This document shows positions 21,243 to 31,905 of a DNA stretch of 64,000 nt, piece by piece. Source of the stretch: Bdellovibrionales bacterium (lineage in GTDB: Bacteria; Bdellovibrionota; Bdellovibrionia; Bdellovibrionales; JAUICD01). Every line of letters starts with the position of its first letter. The stretch's first letter is position 1. A model generated the notes under the pieces. That model did no database searches and was not told where the DNA came from. It saw only the letters and a program-made list of their open reading frames with translations. The stretch is taken from NCBI GenBank assembly GCA_965262715.1, contig OZ253553.1:2816001-2880000 (forward strand). The letters run 5' to 3'. The translations under genes were made by a program, and so were the position numbers.

Positions 21243-22322
21243 ATGGCAAATGACAATCAGAAAGACAATAATTCGAAGACACCTTCTTTAGAGGATTCTC
21301 AAGGAAGCCATGTATCTGCAGGTTCTTCTACCAAAGATTCTGTACTAGAGGATAAGCAAACGGAGTCAGTTGAATCATCAAGTTTAGAGACCAGTTCGGA
21401 AAATGAGGTGAAGAAAGATGATCTAATAGAGCCAAAAGCTTCAACAGAGGGTTTGCAGGCTCAAGCAGATAGTCCTGATCAAGTAGCAGAGTCTTCTTCT
21501 CAAACTTCAGATCAAGTTGCCAAAACACAGGAGCAAACTGAGGCTGAAAGTTCAGATTTAATGGATGAGGGAGCTACTATATCTGAAGCAGAGGAGATTA
21601 TAGAAGAGACATTACCAGAGCTTTACTTAAATGGTTTCTATGCTATCAAGTTAGGCATGTCTTCTATTTACAATGATCAAGGGCAAATTGTTCCTGTGAC
21701 AGTTTTAAGATTTGATACTTGGAAGGTCACACAGATAAAAACAAAAGACAGAGATGGATATGTTGCTATTCAATTAGGATCGGGTCCAAAGTCTGAGAAA
21801 AAGTCGAATCTTCCTCAAAAAGGTCATTTAAAGCCTTCTGGGTTTCCAACTAATGTGACTTTTTTACGTGAGATTAGGGGAGAAGTTCCACATCAACCTT
21901 CCAAAGACAGTGAGAAGGAGGCTAGCGCAACTTCTCAAGATACTAAAGATGGCAAGTCTATCAATTGCCAGTTAGGTCAAGTTTTATCCATTCATAGCTT
22001 AGCAAAAGGTGATCGTGTACATCTTTCATCTATTTCAAAAGGACGTGGTTTTGCAGGCACAATAAAACGTTTAGGTTATAGCGGAGGCCCTGCTTCACAT
22101 GGGTCTCAATTTCACAGAAAGCCAGGTTCTATAGGAATGTGTGAAGAACCTGCACGCGTGCTTCCTGGAAAGGGCATGCCAGGTCATCATGGAAATCGGA
22201 ATGTGACTTTAAAGCATGTGGAAATCGTGGATGTGATTTCAGCAAAAAAGGTTTTATTAGTTAAAGGCAGTGTTCCTGGTGGGCGCAACAGCCTTGTTAA
22301 GTTAATGAAAGAGAGTGTCTAA
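21243..22322 (+). CDS. rplC: 50S ribosomal protein L3 with long acidic N-terminal extension
   Basis: KLGMS, DGYVAIQL, SKGRGFAG, GPASHGS. Confidence 0.95.
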   Translation: MANDNQKDNNSKTPSLEDSQGSHVSAGSSTKDSVLEDKQTESVESSSLETSSENEVKKDDLIEPKASTEGLQAQADSPDQVAESSSQTSDQVAKTQEQTEAESSDLMDEGATISEAEEIIEETLPELYLNGFYAIKLGMSSIYNDQGQIVPVTVLRFDTWKVTQIKTKDRDGYVAIQLGSGPKSEKKSNLPQKGHLKPSGFPTNVTFLREIRGEVPHQPSKDSEKEASATSQDTKDGKSINCQLGQVLSIHSLAKGDRVHLSSISKGRGFAGTIKRLGYSGGPASHGSQFHRKPGSIGMCEEPARVLPGKGMPGHHGNRNVTLKHVEIVDVISAKKVLLVKGSVPGGRNSLVKLMKESV

Positions 22323-22325
22323 ATC

Positions 22326-23057
22326 ATGCCTCAGATAGATGTATTACATTGGAACCGTCAAAAGATGAAAAGCATAGAGCTTCCTGATATTGTATTTGCA
22401 GGACCTATTAAAAAATATATTTTACACGAGGTTGTGAAATGGCAACTTGCTAAAAAACGTCAAGGAACTCACAAAGTAAAAACTCGTGGCGAAGTCTCTG
22501 GAGGAGGTAAAAAGCCTTTAAAACAAAAAGGTTCAGGGCGTGCGCGTCAAGGTTCTATACGCTCTCCTTTGATGAAGGGAGGAGGGGTGATATTTGGTCC
22601 TTCTCCAAGGAGTTACAATTACGCTCTTGGTAAAAAGGTTAAGAGAGCGGGTCTGCGATCAGCACTTTCTTATCTTTTTAAGGAAAAGCGTTTCTATGTT
22701 GTACCAGAGATGACATCTGAAGATGGAAAGGCAAAAGATCTTTTAAAAAAATTACAAGGTTTTGGTGTTTCCAAAGCAGTGTTGATTGACAATTTAGAAG
22801 TACCGCTTTTTAAAAGAGCAGCTAGAAACTTACCTTATTTCAGGTATTATTCTACAGAGGGTTTGAATGTATATGATCTTTTAAAATATGATACGGCTAT
22901 TGTTACAGAAGGTGCATTAAGTGGTATTATTGCAAGATGCGCGCCGCCTCATCATGAGGATGGACAAACTAATGAAGATGAAATGAGTCACCACGATGGA
23001 AACCACCACGATGAGAACCATCAAGACGGCAACCATCAAGATAAGCGGAGTGATTAA
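22326..23057 (+). CDS. rplD: 50S ribosomal protein L4 with His/Asp-rich tail
   Basis: RQGTHKVKTRGEVSGGGKKP. Confidence 0.97.
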   Translation: MPQIDVLHWNRQKMKSIELPDIVFAGPIKKYILHEVVKWQLAKKRQGTHKVKTRGEVSGGGKKPLKQKGSGRARQGSIRSPLMKGGGVIFGPSPRSYNYALGKKVKRAGLRSALSYLFKEKRFYVVPEMTSEDGKAKDLLKKLQGFGVSKAVLIDNLEVPLFKRAARNLPYFRYYSTEGLNVYDLLKYDTAIVTEGALSGIIARCAPPHHEDGQTNEDEMSHHDGNHHDENHQDGNHQDKRSD

Positions 23058-23059
23058 GT

Positions 23060-23353
23060 ATGTACCATATTATAAAAGAGCCTCTCACAACAGAGAAAAA
23101 TGCAAAGCACCAGGCACAAAACACTTATGTTTTTAAGGTAGATAAAACAGCAACTAAGCAACAAATCATGAAAGCTATTGAGCAGTTATTTGAGGTTAAA
23201 GTTATAGGTATTCGGACTCTTATTTCTAGGAGGCGTAGGCATAGGGGACGAGGACGACGTACGGGTAAAAATACGGATAAAATTCATTATTGGAAGAAGG
23301 CTTTTGTAAAACTATCGCCTAATAATAAGATTCGACTTTTTGAAGGAGCTTAA
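23060..23353 (+). CDS. rplW: 50S ribosomal protein L23
   Basis: PLTTEK, WKKAFVKL, operon position. Confidence 0.95.
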   Translation: MYHIIKEPLTTEKNAKHQAQNTYVFKVDKTATKQQIMKAIEQLFEVKVIGIRTLISRRRRHRGRGRRTGKNTDKIHYWKKAFVKLSPNNKIRLFEGA

Positions 23354-23378
23354 ATTAATTGTTTAAGGACATAGTACA

Positions 23379-24215
23379 ATGACTCTTAGAAACTACAAAC
23401 CATTCACATCTTCTCGAAGAACTATGACGAAGGCTGATTTTTCTCAAATCACCAAGGCATTTCCGGAAAAATCACTAGTTACAAAGAAAGATCAAAAAGC
23501 AGGCCGTAACAACCAAGGCCGTATCACTGTACGTTTTCGTGGATCTGGTCATAAAAAGCGTTATCGCATTATAGATTTTAAGCGATCTAAAGCAGACATT
23601 CCTGCAACTGTTTCTGCTATTGAATATGATCCAAATCGTTCTGCTTTTATAGCTCTTTTGTATTATAAGGATGGAGCAAAATCTTACATTGTTGCTCCCT
23701 TAAATTTAAAAGTTGGTGATACTGTTTTATCTTCTGAATCAGCGGATATCAAACCTGGTAATAATATGACTTTATCAAAGATCCCATTAGGAACAATGAT
23801 TCACAATATTGAAATCAAGCCAGGTAAAGGAGGACAGCTTGCTTTGTCTGCGGGTTCTTATGGCACATTGGTTGCGAAAGAGGAACGTTATGTTTTAGTG
23901 AAACTTCCTTCAGGAGAGGTCAGGAAGGTGCTTACTGTTTGTAGAGCTTCTATAGGTCAGGTGGGTAATATAGAAAATGAAAATATTAAGATAGGTAAAG
24001 CAGGTCGAACACGTTGGCTTGGTTGGCGGCCTCATGTTCGAGGTATGTGTCAAAATCCAATTGACCATCCTATGGGAGGGGGTGAAGGAAAAGGAAAAGG
24101 GAATCATCCTCAGACTCCTTGGGGTAAGCCTTGTAAAGGACATAAAACACGTCATAATAAGAGGGATGCTCACCTTATTGTAACTGCAAGAAAACCAAGA
24201 AAGAAAAAGAAATAA
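23379..24215 (+). CDS. rplB: 50S ribosomal protein L2
   Basis: [27 protein letters not shown]. Confidence 0.98.
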   Translation: MTLRNYKPFTSSRRTMTKADFSQITKAFPEKSLVTKKDQKAGRNNQGRITVRFRGSGHKKRYRIIDFKRSKADIPATVSAIEYDPNRSAFIALLYYKDGAKSYIVAPLNLKVGDTVLSSESADIKPGNNMTLSKIPLGTMIHNIEIKPGKGGQLALSAGSYGTLVAKEERYVLVKLPSGEVRKVLTVCRASIGQVGNIENENIKIGKAGRTRWLGWRPHVRGMCQNPIDHPMGGGEGKGKGNHPQTPWGKPCKGHKTRHNKRDAHLIVTARKPRKKKK

Positions 24216-24227
24216 TAAGGAGGTTAT

Positions 24228-24509
24228 GTGGGACGTTCTATTAAAAAGGGGCCATTTATTGATGACCATTTATTAAAAAAAATACAAAAAGCTAAGTCTG
24301 AAGGAGATCGTAAGGTCATAAAAACTTGGTCAAGACGTTCGACGGTGATTCCAGATGCTGTGGGCTTGACATTTGCCATTCATAATGGCAAAAAGTTTAT
24401 TCCTGTTTATATAACAGAAAACATGATTGGTCATAAATTGGGAGAATTTGCTCCAACAAGAATTTTTAAGAGTCACTCTGGAGATAAGAAAATGAATGTG
24501 ACTCGATAA
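24228..24509 (+). CDS. rpsS: 30S ribosomal protein S19
   Basis: KKGPF, KTWSRRS, GHKLGEF. Confidence 0.98.
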   Translation: MGRSIKKGPFIDDHLLKKIQKAKSEGDRKVIKTWSRRSTVIPDAVGLTFAIHNGKKFIPVYITENMIGHKLGEFAPTRIFKSHSGDKKMNVTR

Positions 24510-24550
24510 GAGCTGGAGTTTAATTTTATTTTAAGAGAGAGGATAAGGTT

Positions 24551-24883
24551 ATGGAAGTGAAAGCTTCTTTAAAATTTGCAAAGATAGGGACACAAAAGAC
24601 TAGGCTTATTGCTAATTTAGTCAGGGGGCAGCATGTAGAAAAGGCATTGAAGCAGTTAGTTTTTTTAAACCGCAAGCCGGCAAAGGTTATAAAAAAACTT
24701 ATCTTATCCACGCTCGCAAATGCCAGGCAAAATAGTTATATTGACATAGACAATTTGTTTATTAAGACAATCACTGTAGATGAGGGGCCTCATTACAAAC
24801 GTCAGATTCCTAGGGCACAGGGACGAGCTGCTTTAATCAGAAAAAAGTCAAGCCATATCGATTTGGTGTTGGTTGAGAGGTAA
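24551..24883 (+). CDS. rplV: 50S ribosomal protein L22
   Basis: VDEGP, PRAQGRA. Confidence 0.97.
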   Translation: MEVKASLKFAKIGTQKTRLIANLVRGQHVEKALKQLVFLNRKPAKVIKKLILSTLANARQNSYIDIDNLFIKTITVDEGPHYKRQIPRAQGRAALIRKKSSHIDLVLVER

Positions 24884-24890
24884 AATATTT

Positions 24891-25553
24891 ATGGGTCAAA
24901 AAGTAAATCCAATTGGATTGAGATTAGGTATTAATAGGACATGGGATTCTCGCTGGTACAGTAAGGGACCTAGTTTTGCTAAGAACTTACATGAAGATTT
25001 TAAATTACGCGAATATGTAAAAAAACAATTAAAACACGCTGGGATCTCAAAAATTGAAATTGAACGCATTGCAAGCAAGGTGAAGATTATTATTTTTTCT
25101 GCAAGGCCTGGTGTTGTGATTGGGAAAAAAGGAACAGGTATTGATGCTCTTAAAGCTGATGTGCAGCGTTTGACAAAGGACGAAGTCTTTATCAATATTC
25201 AGGAGATCAGAAAGCCTGATATCGATGCTCATTTAGTCGCTAAGAGTATCGCTATACAGTTAGAAAAACGTGTTTCTTGGCGCAGAGCACTTAAGAAAGC
25301 TTTGAAAGCTGCTGTTTTAGGTGGAGTTAAAGGGATTAAGGTACAAGTTGCAGGCCGACTGGATGGGGCGGAAATTGCAAGAACAGAATGGTACACTGAA
25401 AAAAGTGTACCACTTCACACCTTAAGAGCTCAGATTGACTATGCGACAGCAGAGGCGCTGACAACTTATGGGATCATTGGAGTGAAGGTATGGATTTACA
25501 AGGGGGATGTTATGTCACTTAAGGCATTACGTCAGGAGACACAACGTGCTTAG
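24891..25553 (+). CDS. rpsC: 30S ribosomal protein S3
   Basis: [23 protein letters not shown]. Confidence 0.98.
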   Translation: MGQKVNPIGLRLGINRTWDSRWYSKGPSFAKNLHEDFKLREYVKKQLKHAGISKIEIERIASKVKIIIFSARPGVVIGKKGTGIDALKADVQRLTKDEVFINIQEIRKPDIDAHLVAKSIAIQLEKRVSWRRALKKALKAAVLGGVKGIKVQVAGRLDGAEIARTEWYTEKSVPLHTLRAQIDYATAEALTTYGIIGVKVWIYKGDVMSLKALRQETQRA

Positions 25554-25959
25554 TCCTAAGAAGATTAAATGGAGAAAGCAATTTCGACCTTACTTAAGTG
25601 GTAAGGCTCATTCAGGGAACAAAGTTTCCTTTGGTGATTTTGGGATGCAGGCTCTTACAGCAGGTAAATTAACCTCTCGTCAAATTGAGGCCAGCCGTAT
25701 TGCTATTAGTCGTTCTGTGAGAAGAGGCGGACGGGTTTGGATCCGTATATTTCCTCATATTCCTGTGACCAAGAAGCCAGCAGAAACGCGTATGGGAAGT
25801 GGTAAAGGGGCTCCAGAGTATTGGATTGCTCATATAAGACCTGGTACAATTCTTTTTGAAATGATTGGAGTGACTGTAGCGCAAGCAAAAAGAGCTTTTG
25901 AATTGGCTGGTCATAAACTACCTATTAAAACAAGATTTTTAGAAAGAGAGTCTTTATGA
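25546..25959 (+). CDS. rplP: 50S ribosomal protein L16 (GTG start after AGGAG)
   Basis: [20 protein letters not shown]. Confidence 0.97.
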   Translation: MLSPKKIKWRKQFRPYLSGKAHSGNKVSFGDFGMQALTAGKLTSRQIEASRIAISRSVRRGGRVWIRIFPHIPVTKKPAETRMGSGKGAPEYWIAHIRPGTILFEMIGVTVAQAKRAFELAGHKLPIKTRFLERESL

Positions 25960-26180
25960 AATACAAAAATATAAAAAACTTAGAACAAGAAGAGATTTTT
26001 AAAAAGATAACAGAGTGTTCAAACGAGCTTTTTCACTTAAGAATGACAAAAAAACTAAATCAGGTGACCAATCCTGTAAAGATTAGAACATTGAGGCGGG
26101 ATATTGCTCGTTTGAAAACAGTATTATCTCAAAGAAGGTTATCAAAAGATATAAACTTAGAAGCAATTGCAGGAAATTAA
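25956..26180 (+). CDS. rpmC: 50S ribosomal protein L29
   Basis: [13 protein letters not shown]. Confidence 0.95.
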   Translation: MKYKNIKNLEQEEIFKKITECSNELFHLRMTKKLNQVTNPVKIRTLRRDIARLKTVLSQRRLSKDINLEAIAGN

Positions 26181-26196
26181 TATTTGGAGATGAAAG

Positions 26197-26739
26197 ATGA
26201 CAGAGAATCAGGATGAAAAGAAAGAACAGAAGACAGATGATGTAGTAGATCAGACGACGTCAGATCAAGATCAGATTAAAGCAGATAGCGTGAAGTCTAA
26301 AGACAACAAAGATAGCGTGGAGTCTAAAGACAACAAAGATGTTGATGATAGCAAATCGCCTGATCAAGCACCTTTAAAAGCTGAGAAGAAAGAGGAACTT
26401 CGAAGACCAAAATTGAAGGCAGATATAAGAGTTCAGCAGGTGGGTCATCGAAGAAAGGTTATTGATACGGATAAAGCGAAGGAGCGTGGACGCAAGATTG
26501 AAGTTATTGGTGATGTGATCAGTGATAAGATGGACAAGACCATCACTGTGCAAATATATAGGAAGGTTCGTCACCCTCGTGTTGGCAAGTACATTAAAAG
26601 GAGTACAAAATTCAAGGCTCATGATGAAAAAAATGTAGCACATATAGGGGACAAGGTTTTAATTCACGCCACCCGCGCCCTTAGTAAGACAAAATATTGG
26701 AAGTTATCGAGGATTATAAAAGCTGGCGAAAGATTATGA
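26197..26739 (+). CDS. rpsQ: 30S ribosomal protein S17 with long charged N-terminal extension
   Basis: VISDKMDKT, KFKAHDE, LSKTK. Confidence 0.95.
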   Translation: MTENQDEKKEQKTDDVVDQTTSDQDQIKADSVKSKDNKDSVESKDNKDVDDSKSPDQAPLKAEKKEELRRPKLKADIRVQQVGHRRKVIDTDKAKERGRKIEVIGDVISDKMDKTITVQIYRKVRHPRVGKYIKRSTKFKAHDEKNVAHIGDKVLIHATRALSKTKYWKLSRIIKAGERL

Positions 26740-27520
26740 TGTTAAGGATAAGATTTCCTTAACATGAGGTAAAAAAATGAAGAGGGTCTCCCTCCTAAAA
26801 ATAGTCAGGCATTCTAGGCAATCAGCATTTTACTGATGGTGTTAACCATCATGCTGATTGCCAGAAAGTTGCCAGAGGCAAGACTATTTTTAGTGAGACA
26901 GCAGTTATCGAGGATTATAAAAGCTGGCGAAAGATTATGATGTTAAGGATAAGATTTCCTTAACATGAGGTAAAAAAATGAAGAGGGTCTCCCTCCTAAA
27001 AATAGTCAGGCATTCTAGGCAATCAGCATTTTACTGATGGTGTTAACCATCATGCTGATTGCCAGAAAGTTGCCAGAGGCAAGACTATTTTTAGTGAGAC
27101 AGCAGTTATCGAGGATTATAAAAGCTGGCGAAAGATTATAGGTGTTAAGGGTAAGATTTCCTTAACATGATGTTAAAAGATGAGGAGAGTCTTCTTACTA
27201 AAAATGAATGGATTTTTGAGTCAATGAGCATTTTACGAGGGTGTTAGTCGTCGTGCTCATTGACTCAAAAATGGTGAGAGGCTCGCCTCGAGAGGCCAGT
27301 TTATTTTTAGTGAGACAGCAGTTATCGAGGATTATAAAAGCTGGCGAAAGATTATAGGTGTTAAGGGTAAGATTTCCTTAACATGATGTAAAAAGATGAA
27401 GGGAGTCTCCCACCTAAAAATAGTCAGGCTTTCTAGGCAATCAGCATTTTACTGATGGTGTTAACCATCATGCTGATTGCCAGAAAGTTGCCAGAGGCAA
27501 GACTATTTTTAGGGAGACAG
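26702..27520 (+). repeat. four-unit tandem array: rpsQ 3' end plus structured element (copies E1-E4)
   Basis: Units start 26702, 26903, 27104, 27320; elements at about 26752-26902, 26953-27103, 27155-27319, 27371-27520. Confidence 0.95.
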
Positions 27521-27534
27521 AAAGGTAATTTAAG

Positions 27535-27903
27535 ATGATACAGATGCAAACTTGGTTAAAAGTCGCAGATAATTCAGGTGCTAAAGAGGTACAGTGTATA
27601 AAAGTGCTTGGAGGTTCTAAAAGGATGATTGCCTCAGCAGGTGATATTATAGTTGTTTCTATAAAATCAGCAATTCCTAACTCCAAAGTTAAAAAAGGAG
27701 AGATGGCAAAGGCGGTGATTGTTAGAACGATACAAAAACAACGAAGACCGGATGGGAGTTATATAAGGTTTGATGAAAATGCTGTGGTTTTAGTCAATGC
27801 CAATAAAGAACCTATAGGCACACGTATTTTTGGCCCAGTTGTTCGAGAGCTAAGAGCTAAAAAATTTGTTAAAATTGTTTCTTTAGCTCCAGAAGTCTTA
27901 TAA
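27535..27903 (+). CDS. rplN: 50S ribosomal protein L14
   Basis: [22 protein letters not shown]. Confidence 0.98.
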   Translation: MIQMQTWLKVADNSGAKEVQCIKVLGGSKRMIASAGDIIVVSIKSAIPNSKVKKGEMAKAVIVRTIQKQRRPDGSYIRFDENAVVLVNANKEPIGTRIFGPVVRELRAKKFVKIVSLAPEVL

Positions 27904-28289
27904 AAAAACTTATTACACAGTGAAGCAGGAGCGCATGGAATGTTGTTCGTTTCTATATATGTTTCGTAGTGCTTTCAGCTAGATTAAGGACAATGCTTAG
28001 ACAAGTTCTTTCAAATTGGTTTTGTGCTACAAGGGACCGGTAACACTTTCTTCGCAATATAACACAGATAAGTTAAATTTACCTACAACTCAATGGAAGG
28101 CCTAACATCTGGCATTCAGTTGCACTATTACAGGACACACAGCTACCATTTTGACAAACAGAACAAGAAGGGCAATCTGACCTTGAAGTGCATTGTGGTG
28201 TAGGAGTGACACATGTTCTAGTACATCCATTGGTTACAAGATTTTGGCCGCTTGGGCAACTACTAGGTCCACTGAGGGTGCTGCCACAG

Positions 28290-29115
28290 CTTCTAGTACA
28301 TCCATTTGTTTGTAATTCTTGACAGGTTCCACTACAGCTAGTAGGTCCACTGAGGGTACTGACGCAGCTTCTAGTACATCCATTTGTTTGTAACCTTTGA
28401 CAACTTCCACAGCGACTAGGTCCACTGGTGGTGCTGACACAACTTCTAGTACATCCATTTGTTTGTAACCTTTGACAACTTCCACAGCTACTAGGCCCAC
28501 TGGCGGTGCTGACACAACTTCTAGTACATCCATTTGTTTGTAACCTTTGACAACTTCCACAGCTACTAGGCCCACTGGCGGTGCTGACACAACTTCTAGT
28601 ACATCCATTTGTTTGTAACCTTTGACAACTTCCACAGCTACTAGGCCCACTGGCGGTGCTGACACAACTTCTAGTACATCCATTTGTTTGTAACCTTTGA
28701 CAACTTCCACAGCTACTAGGCCCACTGGCGGTGCTGACACAACTTCTAGTACATCCATTTGTTTGTAACCTTTGACAACTTCCACAGCTACTAGGCCCAC
28801 TGGCGGTGCTGACACAACTTCTAGTACATCCATTTGTTTGTAACCTTTGACAACTTCCACAGCTACTAGGCCCACTGGCGGTGCTGACACAACTTCTAGT
28901 ACATCCATTTGTTTGTAACCTTTGACAACTTCCACAGCGACTAGGTCCACTGGTGGTGCTGACACAACTTCTAGTACATCCATTTGTTTGTAACCTTTGA
29001 CAACTTCCACAGCTACTAGGCCCACTGGCGGTGCTGACACAACTTCTAGTACATCCATTTGTTTGTAACCTTTGACAAGTTCCACAGCTACTAGGCCCAC
29101 TGACTGTGCTGACAC
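28290..29115 (-). repeat. 75-bp coding tandem repeat (SCVSTASGPSSCGSCQRLQTNGCTR), about 11 copies
   Basis: Same line text recurs every 300 bp (28441, 28741, 29041). Confidence 0.95.
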
Positions 29116-29956
29116 AGCTTGCACTACATCCACTACCTACTTTTCTTTCGCAACTGCCACATGTCACTGGTGTTGTACAAGCATTATTACATAATATTTG
29201 TCCAGTTGGGCAGACACAAGACCCATTACTACATTGTTTGCCACCGGTACATGTCACTCCAGCACAAGGGTCAGGCGTAACACATTGGCCACTCTTACAT
29301 TGTTTGCCACCGGTACATGTCACTCCAGCACAAGGGTCAGGCGTAACACATTGGCCACTCTTACATTGTTTGCCACCGGTACATCCAGGACAACATTGTC
29401 CAGTTGGGCAGACACAAGACCCATTACCACATTGTTTGCCATTGGTACATGTCACTCCATCACAAGGGTCAGGCGTAACGCACTGGCCATTACTACATTG
29501 TTTGCCATTAGTACACGTCACCCCAGCACAAGGGTCAGGCGTAACACATTGGCCATTACTACATTGTTTGCCACCGGTACATGTCACTCCAGCACAAGGG
29601 TCAGGCGTAACACATTGGCCACTCTTACATTGTTTGCCACCGGTACATCCAGGACAACATTGTCCAGTTGGGCAGACACAAGACCCATTACCACATTGTT
29701 TGCCATTGGTACATGTCACTCCATCACAAGGGTCAGGCGTAACGCACTGGCCATTACTACATTGTTTGCCATTAGTACACGTCACCCCAGCACAAGGGTC
29801 AGGCGTAACACATTGGCCATTACTACATTGTTTGCCACCGGTACATGTCACTCCAGCACAAGGGTCAGGCGTAACACATTGGCCACTCTTACATTGCTTG
29901 CCACCGGTACATCCAGGACAACATTGTCCAGCTGGGCAGACACAAGACCCATTACT

Positions 29957-31905
29957 CCTGAGTTTGACACTTAATTCAAATTTTCGGAACATTTTCTTTA
30001 AAGAATGCTTTATTTATAGGTATTAGCGGTCAGTGAGTTTGAATTTTCGTCAAAAGTGTAGTGAAACAATTTATTAAATACACTGCATCATACGCTTATT
30101 TTTTCTTGATTTTTTAAATTTTTTATGTAGTCTAATTTCATGTTTATAAAAGAGACTAAAAACGGCAGAGGCCAGAAATATTATCATATTGTGGAAAGCT
30201 ATCGCAAAGATGGTAAGAGTCGACATAGGACACTTATGTCTTTAGGTCGAGTAAAAGATACTCGCTTAGAAGAGCTTCTTGATCTTATAGGCCGTCATTT
30301 AGATGTTGCATCTGCCAGTCAAATAGCTAAAGAGATTGATGTACAGAACACATTTATATTAGGTCCACTGCTTATTATAGACGCTATTTTTAAACAATTA
30401 AACCTCTATGAGTTATTAACAGATTTAAAACAGAAGCATCCTAAAGTACAATTTGATTTTGTTAAGATTATTTTTACATTGGTTATAAATCGCTTTGTAG
30501 AGCCTTGTTCTAAGCTTAAAGTATTTTCACATTGGCAGAAGTTATTTTATCCTGATTTTTTAGAAGGGGAGCTTCATCTTCAGGACATTTATCGTTCTTT
30601 AGATATTCTAAGTAAGCATAAGGAAGATATAGAGAAGACTCTTTATACACAAGGTAAGTCTCAGTTAAGTTTTTTCAATGAGTGTGATGTTATTTTGTAT
30701 GATTTAACGACATTGAGATTTGAGAGTACCCGAGAGGATTTAGATAATCTTCGAAGATTTGGTTATAGCAAAGAGAAGAGGAGTGATTGTACCCAGGTGG
30801 TATTTGGACTTTTAGTAGATAGAGAAGGTATGCCCTTAGGCTTTGATGTTTATCCTGGAAATACCTTTGAAGGTAAAACCATACCTTCAGTTATGGAGAA
30901 ACTAAAAAAGAAGTTTAAGATCAGAAGATTTATATTAGTAGGAGATAGAGGTTTATTTTCTAATGAGAATTTACAATCTGTAAAAGCAAAGGGAGATGAA
31001 TTTATAGTAGGATTAAAGCTAGGTTTATTAAAGGATCGTCATTCAGAGATATACAATTTAAAGAATTTTAAATTTATAAATGAAGATTTAGCTATATACG
31101 AGACGAGTTATAATGATAATCGTTGTATAATTACCTGGTCGAGAAAGAGAGCAGAACGAGATAAGAAAGTAAGAGAAGATATTCTATCTAAGTTAGAAGA
31201 TAAGCTTTCAAAATCGTCATCAAGCACAAAGGATTTTGTATCTAATAGCAATTATAAGAAGTATATTATTCATCCTAAGAGTACAGGCAAGCCTACATTA
31301 AATAAGTCAGCTATAGATCAATCAGAGAAGACAGATGGTTTTTTTGGAATAATTACAAATACAGATAATTTAAGTTCTGAAGAGATTATAATGAACTATA
31401 AGCAGTTATGGAAGATAGAGAATTCATTTAGAGAATTGAAGGGTACATTAAAGACACGTCCTATGTTTCATTGGACAGATAAGAGAATATTAGGACATTT
31501 AGTTATGTGTTTTTTATCTTACTTATGTGAGGCTTATTTTGCTAAGAAGTTACATCAAAGAAACATCAAATTAAAAGATAAAGCGATCACAGATAAGAGA
31601 ATAAGCTCAAGGCCATTGAGTGTAGCAGAAGCTATGTCAAAGCTGAAAGAGGTGCGAGCTATACCTGTCAGATATAAAGACAAAACTATTTGGATCAGAA
31701 CAGATATTAACGGTAACAATACTGATGTATTTAAAGCTATAGGAGCAAAGATACCCTCTAAACAACTTAAAATTGAGTCTACTTAATCTTAAAAAAAATC
31801 TCTCAAATTTCTACCACAAAATGAAAATGTAGTGGCACAAAATTCCAATACAGCTTTAAGTAATTAAAATTACTCAACTTTATTTTTTCAACTGTCAAAC
31901 TCAGG
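29957..31905 (+). mobile_element. IS1634-family element, 1949 bp
   Basis: Same 13-bp TIR CCTGAGTTTGACA. Confidence 0.95.
30140..31786 (+). CDS. IS1634-family transposase
   Basis: Very similar to 13340-14989 beyond about residue 65. Confidence 0.95.
   Translation: MFIKETKNGRGQKYYHIVESYRKDGKSRHRTLMSLGRVKDTRLEELLDLIGRHLDVASASQIAKEIDVQNTFILGPLLIIDAIFKQLNLYELLTDLKQKHPKVQFDFVKIIFTLVINRFVEPCSKLKVFSHWQKLFYPDFLEGELHLQDIYRSLDILSKHKEDIEKTLYTQGKSQLSFFNECDVILYDLTTLRFESTREDLDNLRRFGYSKEKRSDCTQVVFGLLVDREGMPLGFDVYPGNTFEGKTIPSVMEKLKKKFKIRRFILVGDRGLFSNENLQSVKAKGDEFIVGLKLGLLKDRHSEIYNLKNFKFINEDLAIYETSYNDNRCIITWSRKRAERDKKVREDILSKLEDKLSKSSSSTKDFVSNSNYKKYIIHPKSTGKPTLNKSAIDQSEKTDGFFGIITNTDNLSSEEIIMNYKQLWKIENSFRELKGTLKTRPMFHWTDKRILGHLVMCFLSYLCEAYFAKKLHQRNIKLKDKAITDKRISSRPLSVAEAMSKLKEVRAIPVRYKDKTIWIRTDINGNNTDVFKAIGAKIPSKQLKIEST

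Noticed and set aside
26702..27520. CRISPR array or integron attC cassette array
   Set aside because: The constant part is the rpsQ 3' end and the inserts are homologous; no paired RYYYAAC/GTTRRRY ends and no integron integrase
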